This document shows positions 13,576-26,486 of a stretch of 64,000 nucleotides of DNA, piece after piece (positions within the stretch are counted from its first letter, which is position 1; every line of letters begins with the position of its first letter). Origin of the DNA: Octopus sinensis (lineage: Eukaryota); contig NC_043019.1 in NCBI RefSeq assembly GCF_006345805.1, positions 23,931,360 through 23,995,359 of the forward strand, read 5' to 3'. The notes under the pieces were generated by a model. The model searched no databases. It was not told the origin of the DNA and saw nothing but the letters and a program-made list of their open reading frames with translations. A program made the translations under genes and the position numbers.

Positions 13576-13686
13576 ACCCACGCATTTCAAACCAGAAAGA
13601 AGGGCCGTTTTATCAGTTGACATATCCAGCCCCTTCTCATCTAATGTGTTTCGCTCATTTTCTGTGTTTTTCTCAATAACATACGT
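13576..13686 (-). CDS. Candidate internal coding exon (111 nt, phase 0-0), product unknown
   Basis: tttatgtgcag acceptor, open frame TYVIEKNTENERNTLDEKGLDMSTDKTALLSGLKCVG, donor GT|GTAAGT; non-repetitive island between microsatellites; no homology recognised. Confidence 0.35.
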
Positions 13687-13916
13687 CTGCACATAAACAT
13701 ACACACACACACACACACGTGCACAGGCACACACATCCACACACACACACACACGCACGCACGCACATACACGCTCTCTGTCTCTCTCTTCACTTCCTAA
13801 ACTCTTAGCCTCATCAACATATAAACGTATAAACATGAAAGCCCTCGCTCCCGTTTAGCGATCACTTCAACTACTTAGGTAGCCTCAGCCTGGATATCTA
13901 TGTGTACGTGTGTGTG

Positions 13917-13948
<32 letters not shown>

Positions 13949-14367
13949 TTGTGGGTGTAGCTGTGGAAGGAGGTGCGGGATTTACTGAACATGTAAATAA
14001 ATAGTTGAAGGATTAAATAAACACTGAGTTCAGTAAGGCTGAATTAACTGGGGGCACCTGTTTGAGTTGCCAAAAACTTAGGCATTTTTGAAAAATATTT
14101 TTTTTTATATATTTATTTTTATTTATTTATTTATCTATTTATTTCACACGAAAAGAAATAATTTAATGATAAAGTAGTCGCTGTTGGTTATAAAACGCAA
14201 TTTCTACGAATTGAGTCAGTGAATTTCTGGAAAAGAAAATGTAGCGATATAAAATGGTAAAGAAAAATTCCAAAATTCTTTTACTACATGCGATTTCTAG
14301 CTCCATGTCACCCTTTAATGTATCTAAACCTACATTTATCTTTCTCTGTGAATATATAAAAATATGC

Positions 14368-14638
14368 GATCACGTGACCGACCAGACCATCAGATGTTGC
14401 TACACATCACTAGTCACAATGCGTTTGCATTGTTTTAGCTTCGAATGACGCCAACAGCAGGCCAACAGAAGAAAGAGTGGTGGAAGAGTACAGCAGGGAT
14501 CACCACCCCCTGCCGGAGCCTCGTGGAGGTTTTAGGTGTTTTCGCTCAATAAACACTCACAACGCCCAGTCTGGGAATCGAAACCGCGATCCTACGACCG
14601 CGAGTCCGCTGCCCTAACCACTGGGCCATTGCGCCTCC
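14368..14638 (-). mobile_element. tRNA-headed SINE family C, tail variant 1
   Basis: Reverse complement starts GGAGGCGCAATGGCCCAGTGGTTAGG...GGTTTCGATTCCC (A/B boxes); tail ends ...ctgatggtctggtcggtcacgtgat, also seen at 60295-60406. Confidence 0.85.
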
Positions 14639-15059
14639 GCATAAAGATATGTAGTGATATTAAATGGAAAACGAAATTTCCAAGGTTCTCTCGCTGCAGG
14701 GGTCTTTAACCCTCATGTCACACACTTCAATTTATAGATGCAACATATTTATCTCTTCATTCTTCTCTCTTTTCTCTCGGTCGCTACCTCTCCCTCCCTC
14801 TTTCTATCTCCCTCCAATACTCATGAACACATATAAATACACTGTGTGTGTGTGTGGTGTGTGTGTGTATTTATAGGAGGTTGATTGTCATGGCTGGTCA
14901 GAGAGTGACCGTTGGTTCCACACCTAGGTTTTATGTGACACCGGCCATTTGTGTTTGATGCGAAACCAATGGTCTCTCTCTGAACCGCCATAATAATCAA
15001 CCTTATATAAATATATTACTGGACTTATGTTTTTTTGTATATATATGAACTCCTGAAGA

Positions 15060-15093
<34 letters not shown>

Positions 15094-15176
15094 TGTGTGT
15101 GCATGTGTGTGTGAGCTTGTGTTTTCGTCCATATGTGTGTATGTATGCATGTATGTACGATTATCTGTACGAGATA

Positions 15177-15477
15177 TATTCCATCTGATTTTTTTAAAGC
15201 TAAACAGTTTGAAACTTGGAATATTGGTAGAATTTCTCACGTAGAACACGGTTTACTCTGAACGTTTTTGACAAAATTTCGTATTTTAGAAGTTATTTCG
15301 AGTTAAAGTTGTCGTATTTGGGTAATTTCAATCAATCAACGACGTGTATTCGGTTGAAGAAAGCTACTACTGTTTGCGATAGTAATCGAAGAGGAACAAC
15401 TTCCGGGTCACCTCTATTAAATGTTTCAAACTGTTTAGTTAAAAAAAAAATCAGAAATCTGTGATTGAGATGGAATA
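15177..15477. mobile_element. MITE-like element with imperfect inverted ends
   Basis: tattccatctgatttttttaaagctaaacagtttgaaac (15177-15215) vs gtttcaaactgtttagttaaaaaaaaaatcag...agatggaata (15423-15477). Confidence 0.45.
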
Positions 15478-15560
15478 GGTCCGTTATACGTGTATATATG
15501 TATGCATATGTATACATACACACACACACAAACACAAACATATACATATATATATATATG

Positions 15561-15613
<53 letters not shown>

Positions 15614-16069
15614 TACACACTGTGTTGTTCACAGGGCAGTTGCCAGGGCACTTGTTTTACACGATTTCACTTTAGCCTGATGATGTTTTTAAACGAATTT
15701 CTTCCTTTGCTCTGTCTCACTTTTGCTCAATGTTGATCACTTAGAAATACAACTTCATTAATTCCTAGTTGCCATTTCAGTGTATTTTTGTGGCTTTCAT
15801 TTTATTTCACTTCTCTTCAGGCTGAAATAGCACTTGATTTATATTTCTTTTTTTAATATTTTGTCAGCTATTTTTGTAATTAAAAAAAACTAATAATTCA
15901 TATGTCAAACACGTCTAGAAACAAAACGTATTAAATCAATTTTGGAACAGAGAGGGCACGACATAAGCAGCGGAACCGTTTAATATAAACGAGGAAAACT
16001 TTTAGAAGAATGAAAAGAAACGACGAGAAGAATGAAAGCCAATAGAAATACAGGATGTCCAATGCTTTC

Positions 16070-16134
<65 letters not shown>

Positions 16135-16311
16135 TATAACGTTATTGAAACATTGAAAAAAGGTCTATTAATTTGGATGAAAGAAAGAAAGCAGAAAATA
16201 TTGTCTATCGACAGCTTTGTTATTCGACATAATGAAGAATACATCCACTCATATACATTTGTGTGTGTGAGAGTGTGTGATTGAGGGTGTGCGTTTATAC
16301 ATAAATGAATG

Positions 16312-16351
<40 letters not shown>

Positions 16352-17340
16352 AATATACATATACATACATATATACATACATACATACACATATACAGTA
16401 GATCGTTTGTTCACACGTTCGATTACAAAATGAAATCTTGTAAATCAAAGATGATATTATCGATAATATAAAATCAGCAACAAAAAATTTAAACAATTAT
16501 TTATTGAAAGGTGAAATGTGTGTCTGCATATGTATGCGTGTGTGTGTGGTGTGTGTGCGTGTGTGCGTGCATCCATGTGTGTTTGTGAGCGTGTGGTGTG
16601 TGTGCGTGTGTGCGTGCATCCGTGTGTGTTTGTGTGTGTGTGTATGTGTGTGTGTGTGTGTATATGTGTGTGTATGTGTGTGTGCTTGTGTTTGTGTTTG
16701 TGTATGTGTTTGTTTGTGTGTGTATGTGTGTGTGTTTGTGTATGTGTTTGTGTATGTGTTTGTGTGTGTGTGTCTGTGTGTGTGTTTGTGTATGTGTGTA
16801 TGTGTGTGTGTGTGTGTGTGTGTGCGTGCGTGTAATGTTTATAACCTCTTTTCTTCTACATGCCATAGAAATTCTAGATACCAGGAATAAGCATTCAGAA
16901 TCAGTGATAAGCATTCAGAATCAGTGATAAGCATTCAGAATCCTGGTGAATCTGTTTCAGCATCGTCAATCAGGAAAATTATTCTAATTAACTATTATTT
17001 AAGAAAAAAAAAAAAAAAAAGAAATTCCTAATTTCTTCAAATTTATTCAATCGGGTCATGAAAAGTCTACAGGCTGATTAACTAAATCGCATTTCACAGA
17101 GGGTTGGTGGCTAAAATAAACAATTCAATTGGAGCTGCAACAGTTTTGAAAGTTTCTACAGTTTTAGAATCACAGACATGTCGCACAACAATGGCAACAA
17201 CAATCAATGATTTTAGAAAATGAAATGCAATAAATTATTCCACTTCAACGTTTGACAGATTAAATCTCATTTATACAGAACTAAAGAGATCGAACATTAA
17301 AACTATGCAAACCATTCATAAAAAGATATATATATACTTG

Positions 17341-17490
17341 TGGCTGTGTGGTAGGAAGTTTGTTTCGCAACCACATGGTTCCGGATTCAGTTCCATTTCG
17401 TGGTACCTTGGACAATCGTCTTCTTGTATAGCCTCGGGCTGACCAAAGCCTTCTGAGCAGAGTTGGAAGACGGAAACTAAAAGGAGACCT
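17341..17490 (+). mobile_element. SINE family B, 5' half, diverged
   Basis: tggctgtgtggtag...ccacatggttccggattcag...gtaccttggac...gaccaaagccttc...gacggaaact matches copy at 54122. Confidence 0.75.
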
Positions 17491-17801
17491 TTCCATAAAG
17501 TGCTTAGCTTTACAGCATCTCTTCAAACCCTGATGGCCCTAATGACACTAATGGCAAGGGACAGCTTTATAGACGTGAATCCCAGGCTAACCCCAAGCTA
17601 GACCGGTCATAACTATCTTTAATTATTCTACTGCTCTATAACTTAGAGTGTGCTTCTCTTTCGGATTTAGATTTACTGACTACACACACACACACACATA
17701 CATACATACATACATACTACATACATACATACATCTACATACATACATACATACATACGTATACATATTTTATTATATATAATATATATATTATATATAT
17801 A

Positions 17802-17839
<38 letters not shown>

Positions 17840-17919
17840 AATATAATTATGTATGTCCCGGTTGAGTCGGGGTTAACCACAGTAAATAAGGTACTCAATA
17901 CATAGCAAGTAAATAATTT

Positions 17920-18042
17920 ATTTTATAGAAGGAGCTTCTACAGGACTAGAACTGTTTCATTCAAAAGAAATCATCAGGAAGCTTCTGATGATTTCTTTTG
18001 AATGAAACAGTTCTAGTCCTGTAGAAGCTCCTTCTATAAAAT
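17920..18042. repeat. Loopless palindrome (~61-bp arms, one bulged G) containing a hammerhead-core remnant
   Basis: Centre gaag|cttc at 17981/17982; right arm has CTGATGA 17985-17991 ... GAAAC agttcta GTC. Confidence 0.9.
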
Positions 18043-18516
18043 ATATATATATATAGATGTATATATATATAAAATTATAATTAAAATATAATATAATATA
18101 ATATAATATAATATAATATAATATAACATAACATGACATAACATAACATAACATAATATAATATGATATAATATAATATAATATAATATAGCATCCTCTG
18201 CTATCCAGTAGCAGTATTATACGTACTTTCAGGTTTGTGTTTGGGCAGCTGTGGTGTGTGAATAGACAATTGAAAAAATTGGAATCAACAAGAAGGAATA
18301 CGGTTGGACATTTATTTTCAATCACTACAACTGTTTCTACACAACGTAGTTCTCCAGGCGTGCAGGTATTTGATTATACAACCGTTTCCCTGCATTATGA
18401 GATCTAGTTGTGTTTCCTCGGGTGATATGTAAATATTGCCTCCGTAAGTTCAAAACCCTCGGCTTCAAGACCATCCTCTCTGTCTGTCGTGGCCAGGAGT
18501 CATTAGCAGCCACTGA

Positions 18517-18616
18517 NNNNNNNNNNNNNNNNNNNNNNNNNNNNNNNNNNNNNNNNNNNNNNNNNNNNNNNNNNNNNNNNNNNNNNNNNNNNNNNNNNNN
18601 NNNNNNNNNNNNNNNN
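18517..18616. other. Assembly gap (100 N)
   Basis: Run of exactly 100 N. Confidence 1.
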
Positions 18617-18800
18617 TTAATGCATCGCTACGCGCGTTTCCATAACGTGCGCAACGATGCATTAAAATGTGTATAAATTTCATGCTAAGATTATTGTTAC
18701 TATTATTATATTTATCCTACATTATATCGGTACAACTTGACGGTGGCCGCATAATGGGAGAGCAGCTTTATTTAGGTCCTATCCATTATTCCAGCCTCCG

Positions 18801-19169
18801 TTGTTTCGGTCATTTGAATGCGGCCATGCTGGGGCACGCCTTTAGTCAAGCAAATCGACCCTTGTTCTTTGTAAGCCTAGTATTTATTCTATCCGTTTTG
18901 TTTGCCGAGCCGCTAGATTACGGGGACGGAAACACACACAAGGAGACAAAGGCACGCACTCAAATACGCACACAATCACCCCCCCCCACATACACAAACA
19001 CACACATATATACGACGAGCTTCTTTCAGTTTCCGTCTACCAAATCCACTCACAAAGCTTTGGTCGGCCCGAGGCTATAGTAGAAGACACTTGCCCAAGG
19101 TACCATGCAGTGAGACTGAACTCGGAACCACGTGGTTGGTAAGCAAACTACTTACCACACAGCCACTCC
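18801..19169 (-). mobile_element. SINE family B
   Basis: Reverse complement of ggagtggctgtgtggtaagtag...ggcaagtgtcttctactatagcctcgggccgacc...gacggaaactgaaagaagc...gcatggccgc. Confidence 0.9.
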
Positions 19170-19684
19170 AGCGCCTATATATATACACATATCTATATAC
19201 ATACATACACATAAATTTATTTATTTGGCAAAAACAAAATGACAGTCCCGAAATATTAAAACATGTTTCAACTCATGGTTTCACAACAGTAATCTTGCAA
19301 CACAAATTCATAAACATACACACACATTTCGTTTTTTGATTTGGTTTGCAAGATTCTTTATGCGAATTCCTGCGTTGAAGCATATTTTATTGTGTCAGGA
19401 GAGAGTCATTCTCTTTCAGTGCTTTATTTAACACACTCACTGGTTCGATTTCCCCTCATTTACTTATTTATTTTTTCTAAAACTTTTGTTGCGTCTTGCA
19501 AACTTTTGAATAGTCTTTGATTCTGTCCGTTATCCGAGCTGTGTTCTTTTTGTTTGTTTGTTTGTGAGTATGTGTGTGCGACACTGTGTATGTGTATACG
19601 CATATGCATGTATGTATGTATGTATGTATGTATGTATGTATGTATGTATGTATGTATGTAGTATTATGCATGTCTGTGTGTGCA

Positions 19685-19750
<66 letters not shown>

Positions 19751-19997
19751 CGTGTGTGTACGTCTGCATATTCATGTGTGGAGTTCATGTTTGTGTGTTT
19801 GTGTATGTGGCGGTATTTGGTATTTGAGCGTGTGCTTTGTCTCTTGTGTGTGTGCGCTTGTCTGTTCGTATTACCTATCTACCTATCTATCTATTTATCT
19901 GTTTACTTATCCATTTGCCTACGTATATACATGCATGCATACATACATACATACATACATACATACATACATACATACATACATACGTACGTACATA

Positions 19998-20057
<60 letters not shown>

Positions 20058-20062
20058 AACAA

Positions 20063-20309
20063 GATATTTATAAGTCATTTAAGAACACAAAAAAAAAGAA
20101 ATAACCGTTAGATTCACTTTAGCATTGAAATTTAAGCTGTGTCAAAATATTTTCGTCGCTTCGAAACCGCGACAAAACTTCGTACCGTACGCAAGCAGGT
20201 CGCGGTTTCGAAGCGACGAAAATATTTTGACACAGCTTAAATTTAAATGTTAAAGTGAATCTAACGGTTATTATTTTTTTTGTGTGTTCTTAAATGACTT
20301 ATAAACATC
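20063..20309. repeat. Inverted repeat, ~107-bp arms, 25-nt spacer
   Basis: Arms 20067-20173 and 20199-20305 (ttagattcactttagcattg...ttcgtcgcttcgaaaccgcgac / gtcgcggtttcgaagcgacgaa...gtgaatctaa). Confidence 0.95.
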
Positions 20310-20323
20310 ATTCACGCTGGAAT

Positions 20324-20380
<57 letters not shown>

Positions 20381-20703
20381 TATATGTGTTGTTATATGTT
20401 ATACACACACATATATACACACACACACACAACATATATATATATATATATATACGTCTACAAACGACTTACCTGTGTAAATATAAACTGTGGGTATTGG
20501 GGTATGACTGCCTTCTACGTATATTTCCTATTTAGTGCTGGGGATGTTCTATTATGAGGATGTACTTCTGCATTTGTGTGTTGGGTCCTTCGGGTACTTG
20601 GATAAAATGCGGGTATATATATAAGTATACATACATACACATATAATAATATGTATAAACGTACACACATCATAATTAAGTACAGGCGCATATATATATA
20701 ATA

Positions 20704-20796
<93 letters not shown>

Positions 20797-20826
20797 ATAT
20801 TATATATATATATATATATATATATC

Positions 20827-20861
<35 letters not shown>

Positions 20862-20959
20862 GTTTGTGCCAGTTTAAGCTGGTCGGGCCCGGAAGTTCGT
20901 GTTCAACTTCATCTTTGTGTGTCTCTGACTTTCTTCTCTCTTCCTCCCTCTGTCTCTCT

Positions 20960-21047
<88 letters not shown>

Positions 21048-22924
21048 CCTATCAGATGTATGAACATATGTAAGGATATGCTTATAGGTTAAGTCTACTC
21101 ATATATTCATGTTTGTATACATTCTCAATCATGTTTCTTTCGCTTTCTGCTTCTTCTCTAACAAGTGGAAGTCGTGGTCGTGCTTTTATGTTTGTCGTTG
21201 GGGAATCTGTAAGTTGTTGGAGCCACCCCTCCTCTGATTATAACAAATTGCTGGGGAGGGCTGGTATGGGCTGAGGAGAAAGTTATACAATTGACACTTA
21301 ACGTCTTCAACATGAATTATCGCCATTAATCTCTACCTTTTTCCTGTTTTAGGGAAAGAATTGAACACCTGGAGCTTTCTGAAAATACGACTGTTGTATC
21401 CTGTAATGAAACTCAATGGTCATCTGATGACATTTTCGGGAGTTTCCGGTGTATTTATATTGTTGATATCATATAAGTTATTTGTCTTGAGGTTATGATG
21501 TTCAATGTTGCTTTTTATTTGCCCAGAGTCTAAAGAATCATCCAAATGCTGTCATCGATACTACCAATTATTGCCTTCCTCCAAAATCTCAGATCTTCTT
21601 TTTGTTCCAAGGCCTACTTGAAGTATTACCAAACGAATGTCTTTTTTTTTTTTGTTTTTTTTTGCTTTCGGAGTACGTACCAATAAGGATTTTACTTTGT
21701 TGTGCATTTCTGCATCTGAGCTCCATGGATAGACAAAATGGAGGAGGGTTTGTCATTGCGCACTTCATATGATGCTTTTCGCCATTTTGGTGATATTTTT
21801 ACGATATTATATTAACTTGACATCTACGCTACGCAAATAATAACATCGAATGAAACAAACCAAATCACACAACGAAATGGGTGACTACAAGATTATAACT
21901 AAAAGAAAAACTAATGAATATTTTAATGAATATTTAATAGAAAAAGGAATAATTTTGAACAGTTTAATAAATATTCTGAGCGAAAACAGTAAGAGCAACA
22001 ACAACAACAAAAAACTTATACAGAGACAATTATAGAAAGTATACAGTGACAACGTGAAAGTAGCCTGTTGTGCATCTGTCAATTGCACAGACTGGTTTCT
22101 GATTTGTAAAAGTCTCAGTAAAATGGCTGGACAAAGTTACTAGTAAAAGGTCTTTCTGTGCCCCCTCCCAATCACCGGGGGTGTCGTGTAAGGGGTGGGG
22201 AGCAAGGAGCAAAATAACATAGGTGTGTTTACAGTAGATGGCTAGCGTTTCTATCTTTGGTACAAACACCAGCTGGTAGACGTCCTAAACGAATTACTGA
22301 CAAGTTGAAATAGAAATAGTTGCTTCCAGAGAAATGTAAGAGTAACGATCAAGGGCAAGGGAAAACAATGCGGTGCTGTAGCTGGTCGTGGAATTTCTAT
22401 CAGAGTATGGACGAGAGATTATAGCAGGGACGTAGAGAGGCAATGTGACCGGGAGGGATAGAATAGATTTTTAAGTCCTAGTGACCTTCGAATCTCAAAG
22501 CCTCTACTGGACTAATAGCATGAAACTGAAAGTGCAAAACCTTTTGAAAAACAGGAAAGGTTAGAAAATGAGAGGAGAGAAGAAATCATGTGAAAACAGT
22601 CGATGCAATAACAAGATTAACTGGCCCCAGTTTTTAGGGTATCATCATTCATGGTTTCGAAATTGGTGGAAGAGGACCTGGAAACAAGTGAGCGGCACCT
22701 CTCTACCTATAGCGAAATAGCATCATCACTCCATCGTCTTGTAACGAAGGTAAAACAATGGTTGTAGAAAAAAGTTTCCAACCAAAAGTCATTGAAAGAA
22801 AAGTAATAAAGAAAAAAAAGAAGGCCTTTAAAAGGCGAACAACAAAGAGGGCTGAAAAGCATCACTGTCCGCGAAATAGCAATGCCGTCACTCTTCAGAA
22901 TTATAATATTTTCTTTTTAAAGTT

Positions 22925-23130
22925 ATCTCTACAGATTTTATATAGAATGGAAATTAGAGCCAGCACTGATTTGTTACGACCTTTTGCACGCGAATAAGTC
23001 TAATGTAAACAATGGGATCTTCTATTTTCTATCTTCGCTTGTATTGCTTACATTAAGACTTATTCGTGTACGAAACATCGTAACAAACCAGTGCTGGCTC
23101 TAATTTCTGTAGAAAAAAACCTGTAGAGAT
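22925..23130. repeat. Imperfect inverted repeat (MITE-like)
   Basis: gaaattagagccagcactgatttgttacga...gaataagtctaatgtaa vs ttacattaagacttattcg...tcgtaacaaaccagtgctggctctaatttc. Confidence 0.8.
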
Positions 23131-24859
23131 ACACTTTAACAAGTGATTGAATAGCATTGCTAACACAGCATTGACTTACAAAGCCTTTAATATACTTGCT
23201 ATAGTATATTATGGTTGCATAACGAAATACGGTGTCCCCACCAGCAATTCCTCTAGTATTGATTCTTCTTCTAAGGATTAAAATGAAGTCTATGATGAGG
23301 AGGAAGTTTAATTGAGAATTAAACCCCTTTTGAAAATCAAAACAAGATCTATCACATATCTGTGGCGCAAGGAGTGTTCCGGTGATGCATTGGAATAAAG
23401 GGGATATTCGATAGACAAGATTGGTCAAAATACTAGAAATATTCTACTATGAGCTAAAATAGATGTACCTTGTATCCACGCAAAAGTGACATTTGACACC
23501 TTGAAATTTTTGAGGCTGGAGAACGTATAATGGTGAAAGGGTAGAGATGTGGGGTACTTTAGCCCAACTGGCCACTTCCAGTCGAGAACCCTAGATATTT
23601 TTTCATGTAATAACACGTAAAAATATGATTTGTTTAATGATAAATATTGCTTTAATTCGCTTTAATTATTCCGTTATAATGTTGCATTTCTGTATTATTG
23701 ATTCTGTATTTTAATAAATATTTAACTTGTTCTCACTTTGTATCTCTTCCACCTAATTTTTATATGCTTTGTGCATCCCACATCACACGAATTCGTAAGT
23801 CTCTTGATGAACATGTGTGTTTGTTTTGTATCTTTTCGAGCCCTTAATAGTAATAATAATAATCTCATTTTCCCTTTCAGTGTGTTTGTGTGTTACTGTA
23901 AAATATTTGCTTTTTCTTCTTTTCCCTGTCGTTCATTTTCAACTGTTGTTACTTTATGTGATGTTGCCCCTCAATAAACCTACATGGCTGTGGGGCAAGA
24001 AGCCTGCTTCCCAATCACATGGTTTCAGATTGGAAACTGACAAAACACAGTCATATTTATATATATATATATATAAATGTATTTGTTCCACCACAACTTG
24101 GTAACCTGTGTTTGTTTGTTTACATCTCCGTAACGTAGCGGTTTGGCAAGTGTTAGTAATTTTTTTTTTTTTAAATACAAGCCGTTTAATTTCAATCCAA
24201 TTTTGTTATGAAGAACTACGTAAAAATTAATTAGAAGTCAACGCAGGACTAACAGTAAGAGACTTGATAGATTATTTAAAACAACAATCCCGTCATCTGA
24301 CGAATCATATTGATCATAACAGCGAAACGAGTAGTCCAGATGCTGCAGAATACAAGCAACCAGATGTCACTCGAACACCCAAACTTCTCCTTACATTTGC
24401 AGAAGCACATAAAATACTAATCGGGAAGTCTAATGAGATATTGGCAGAACTGATGACAACTACTTAGAGCTAAATCCAACACAGTTTCATAATCATCCCT
24501 TTTGCGGTTTACAAAACCATAAATATTTCCAGAAGAATAGAAGTGATACTGAAAAGGCTGTAGGCATAAATTTCTGATCAACAAAAAGACTACCAAAGAA
24601 GGAGAAAGAAAGCCTGAATACGGCATGAATTCACTATGAAATATCTTTCGATTGTGTCTTCCATATTTGTGAATCCTCGAGTCTTTAACCAGGGAGCACC
24701 AATAATAAATCAGTTGAACGAAGTTAATTTCCACAAAGTTGCCGACATCATATTATAATTAAATTATAAACTTCAATCACGTTTTCTTTTAATAGTTATT
24801 GTCATTGGATTAATTTTCGGATTGTATTGACCATATTTTGCCAAATTGATTAATATCTG

Positions 24860-25225
24860 ACTAGTACTATGACCCGGCAACACCGGGTCATAGTGCTAGT
24901 GCATGCATATACAGCTGCGTGCGTGCGCACACACACGCAAGTACTGTCCAAATCTGCGACCAATCACATACAGCTAGCTGGCATTCAATTAGTGTATCAA
25001 GTTTCGGGCATTTTGATTGGGTTTTGGATAGATAATTCACAAAAAAGTCACTTCTATTAATTTTTTAATGGCTTTGCGGGGTGACTGGGGAAATGTAAAG
25101 ATGTGCACGACCACTCTTGGATGGTTTTGAATGACCATAGAAAGTGCGAGCCCTCTAACTGAAAAATTGTGGATTTGTATAAAGGACACACACGCAGACA
25201 TTTTACCGTTTATATATATAGAGAT
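24860..25225 (+). mobile_element. Non-autonomous Helentron/DINE-like element (tentative)
   Basis: Starts with 18-bp hairpin actagtactatgacccgg-caaca-ccgggtcatagtgctagt; internal simple repeat; ends tttatatatatagagat, the general layout of DINE-1/HINE-type elements. Confidence 0.5.
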
Positions 25226-25993
25226 ACCTTAAATACATTTATTTATATAGGTAAATTTGTTTGGATATGAGTATATATGTTAATCAAATTAATTCACTGT
25301 TTCTGTAATTAGAAAAAAGACGTCAATTTAACAATGTAATTAGGTTAACAAAATATTGAGGTTAGACAAATTTTATTTAGGCAAATTTTAATTTTCATTA
25401 TCACATTTAATTTATTCGCTTTATTGTAAGAATGAATCCCTGATAACAGATGCAAAGTATTATTAACGCGATTGAAAGTCTGTTCCTGTGTAAGCTTTTG
25501 CAAATAGTAGTGTCATTGCAATATTAATAGTGCATCGGCGACGGATGTCTTTCATAGTCAACAGGTGCACAGCTGTGATGAAACAAGCGCGTGCTTTGCG
25601 ACACGAGCTGCCTCGGAAATTTGACAAACAAAATGCTTGTGCTTCGTCTCTCCATCTTTCAACGACAGCGTACTTGTGTGTGTGTGTGTGCTTAAATAAA
25701 TACCTTTGTACATATGTGTGTGTGTGTATAAAACGGGGGTTATACAAAGGCATGCACATATATATGCATTCATACACAAATGTAATTTATATTGAGTTGT
25801 AGCTGAAGGCATGAATGCACATATGCATATACATATTTAATACATATACATACATATACATATACATGTATATGTTTAATACATATACATACATATATAT
25901 ATATAGAGAGAGAGATGCACATATGGATGTATGCATACATACATATATATATATACACTCACGCACACATATATACATATATACAAATGTGTG

Positions 25994-26031
<38 letters not shown>

Positions 26032-26262
26032 CGTGTGTGAGTGTGTGTACGTGTACGTGTGTGTCCGTGTGATTAACTGTGAGGATGAATAAAATAAAGT
26101 GAGTCTGAATAGTGTATGCAGAATGACAAACTTACAATAATAAATAAAAGTTGCAAAATGAATAAATGAAAAGGCGATGAAACAATTCTACTCCAGCGGA
26201 TATGTGTAGGGTTGAACGTGACCTGTCTTTCGTCAGGTCGAACGATAAATCTGGCATATATA

Positions 26263-26313
<51 letters not shown>

Positions 26314-26453
26314 ACACACACATGTATATATACACACGCAGACACGCACGCACACACACATACATACATATATATGCATGTGTGTGTATATATATATATG
26401 CATATATATACATATATATTTAATATAGATACAAACACAGATACACTCATACA

Positions 26454-26486
<33 letters not shown>

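Noticed and set aside
14560-14638. tRNA gene
   Set aside because: tRNA-like head continues into a SINE body; no complete cloverleaf or terminator
15676-15705. CTGATGA-tgttt-tt-aaac-GAAT hammerhead-like string
   Set aside because: GAAA is mutated, and there is no stem I or III
16888-16945. Short tandem repeats (20-mer x3 here; 38-mer x2 near 11866; 23-mer x2 near 26587)
   Set aside because: Ordinary slippage duplications with no further structure
21140-21830. Possible decayed retroelement coding remnant on minus strand (GSIDDSIW, FITGYNSRIFRK)
   Set aside because: Motifs too degraded to decide between PLE RT and other origins
24297-24342. CTGACGA...GAAAC...GTC spacing
   Set aside because: Stem I is out of register and stem II does not close at the core; likely chance
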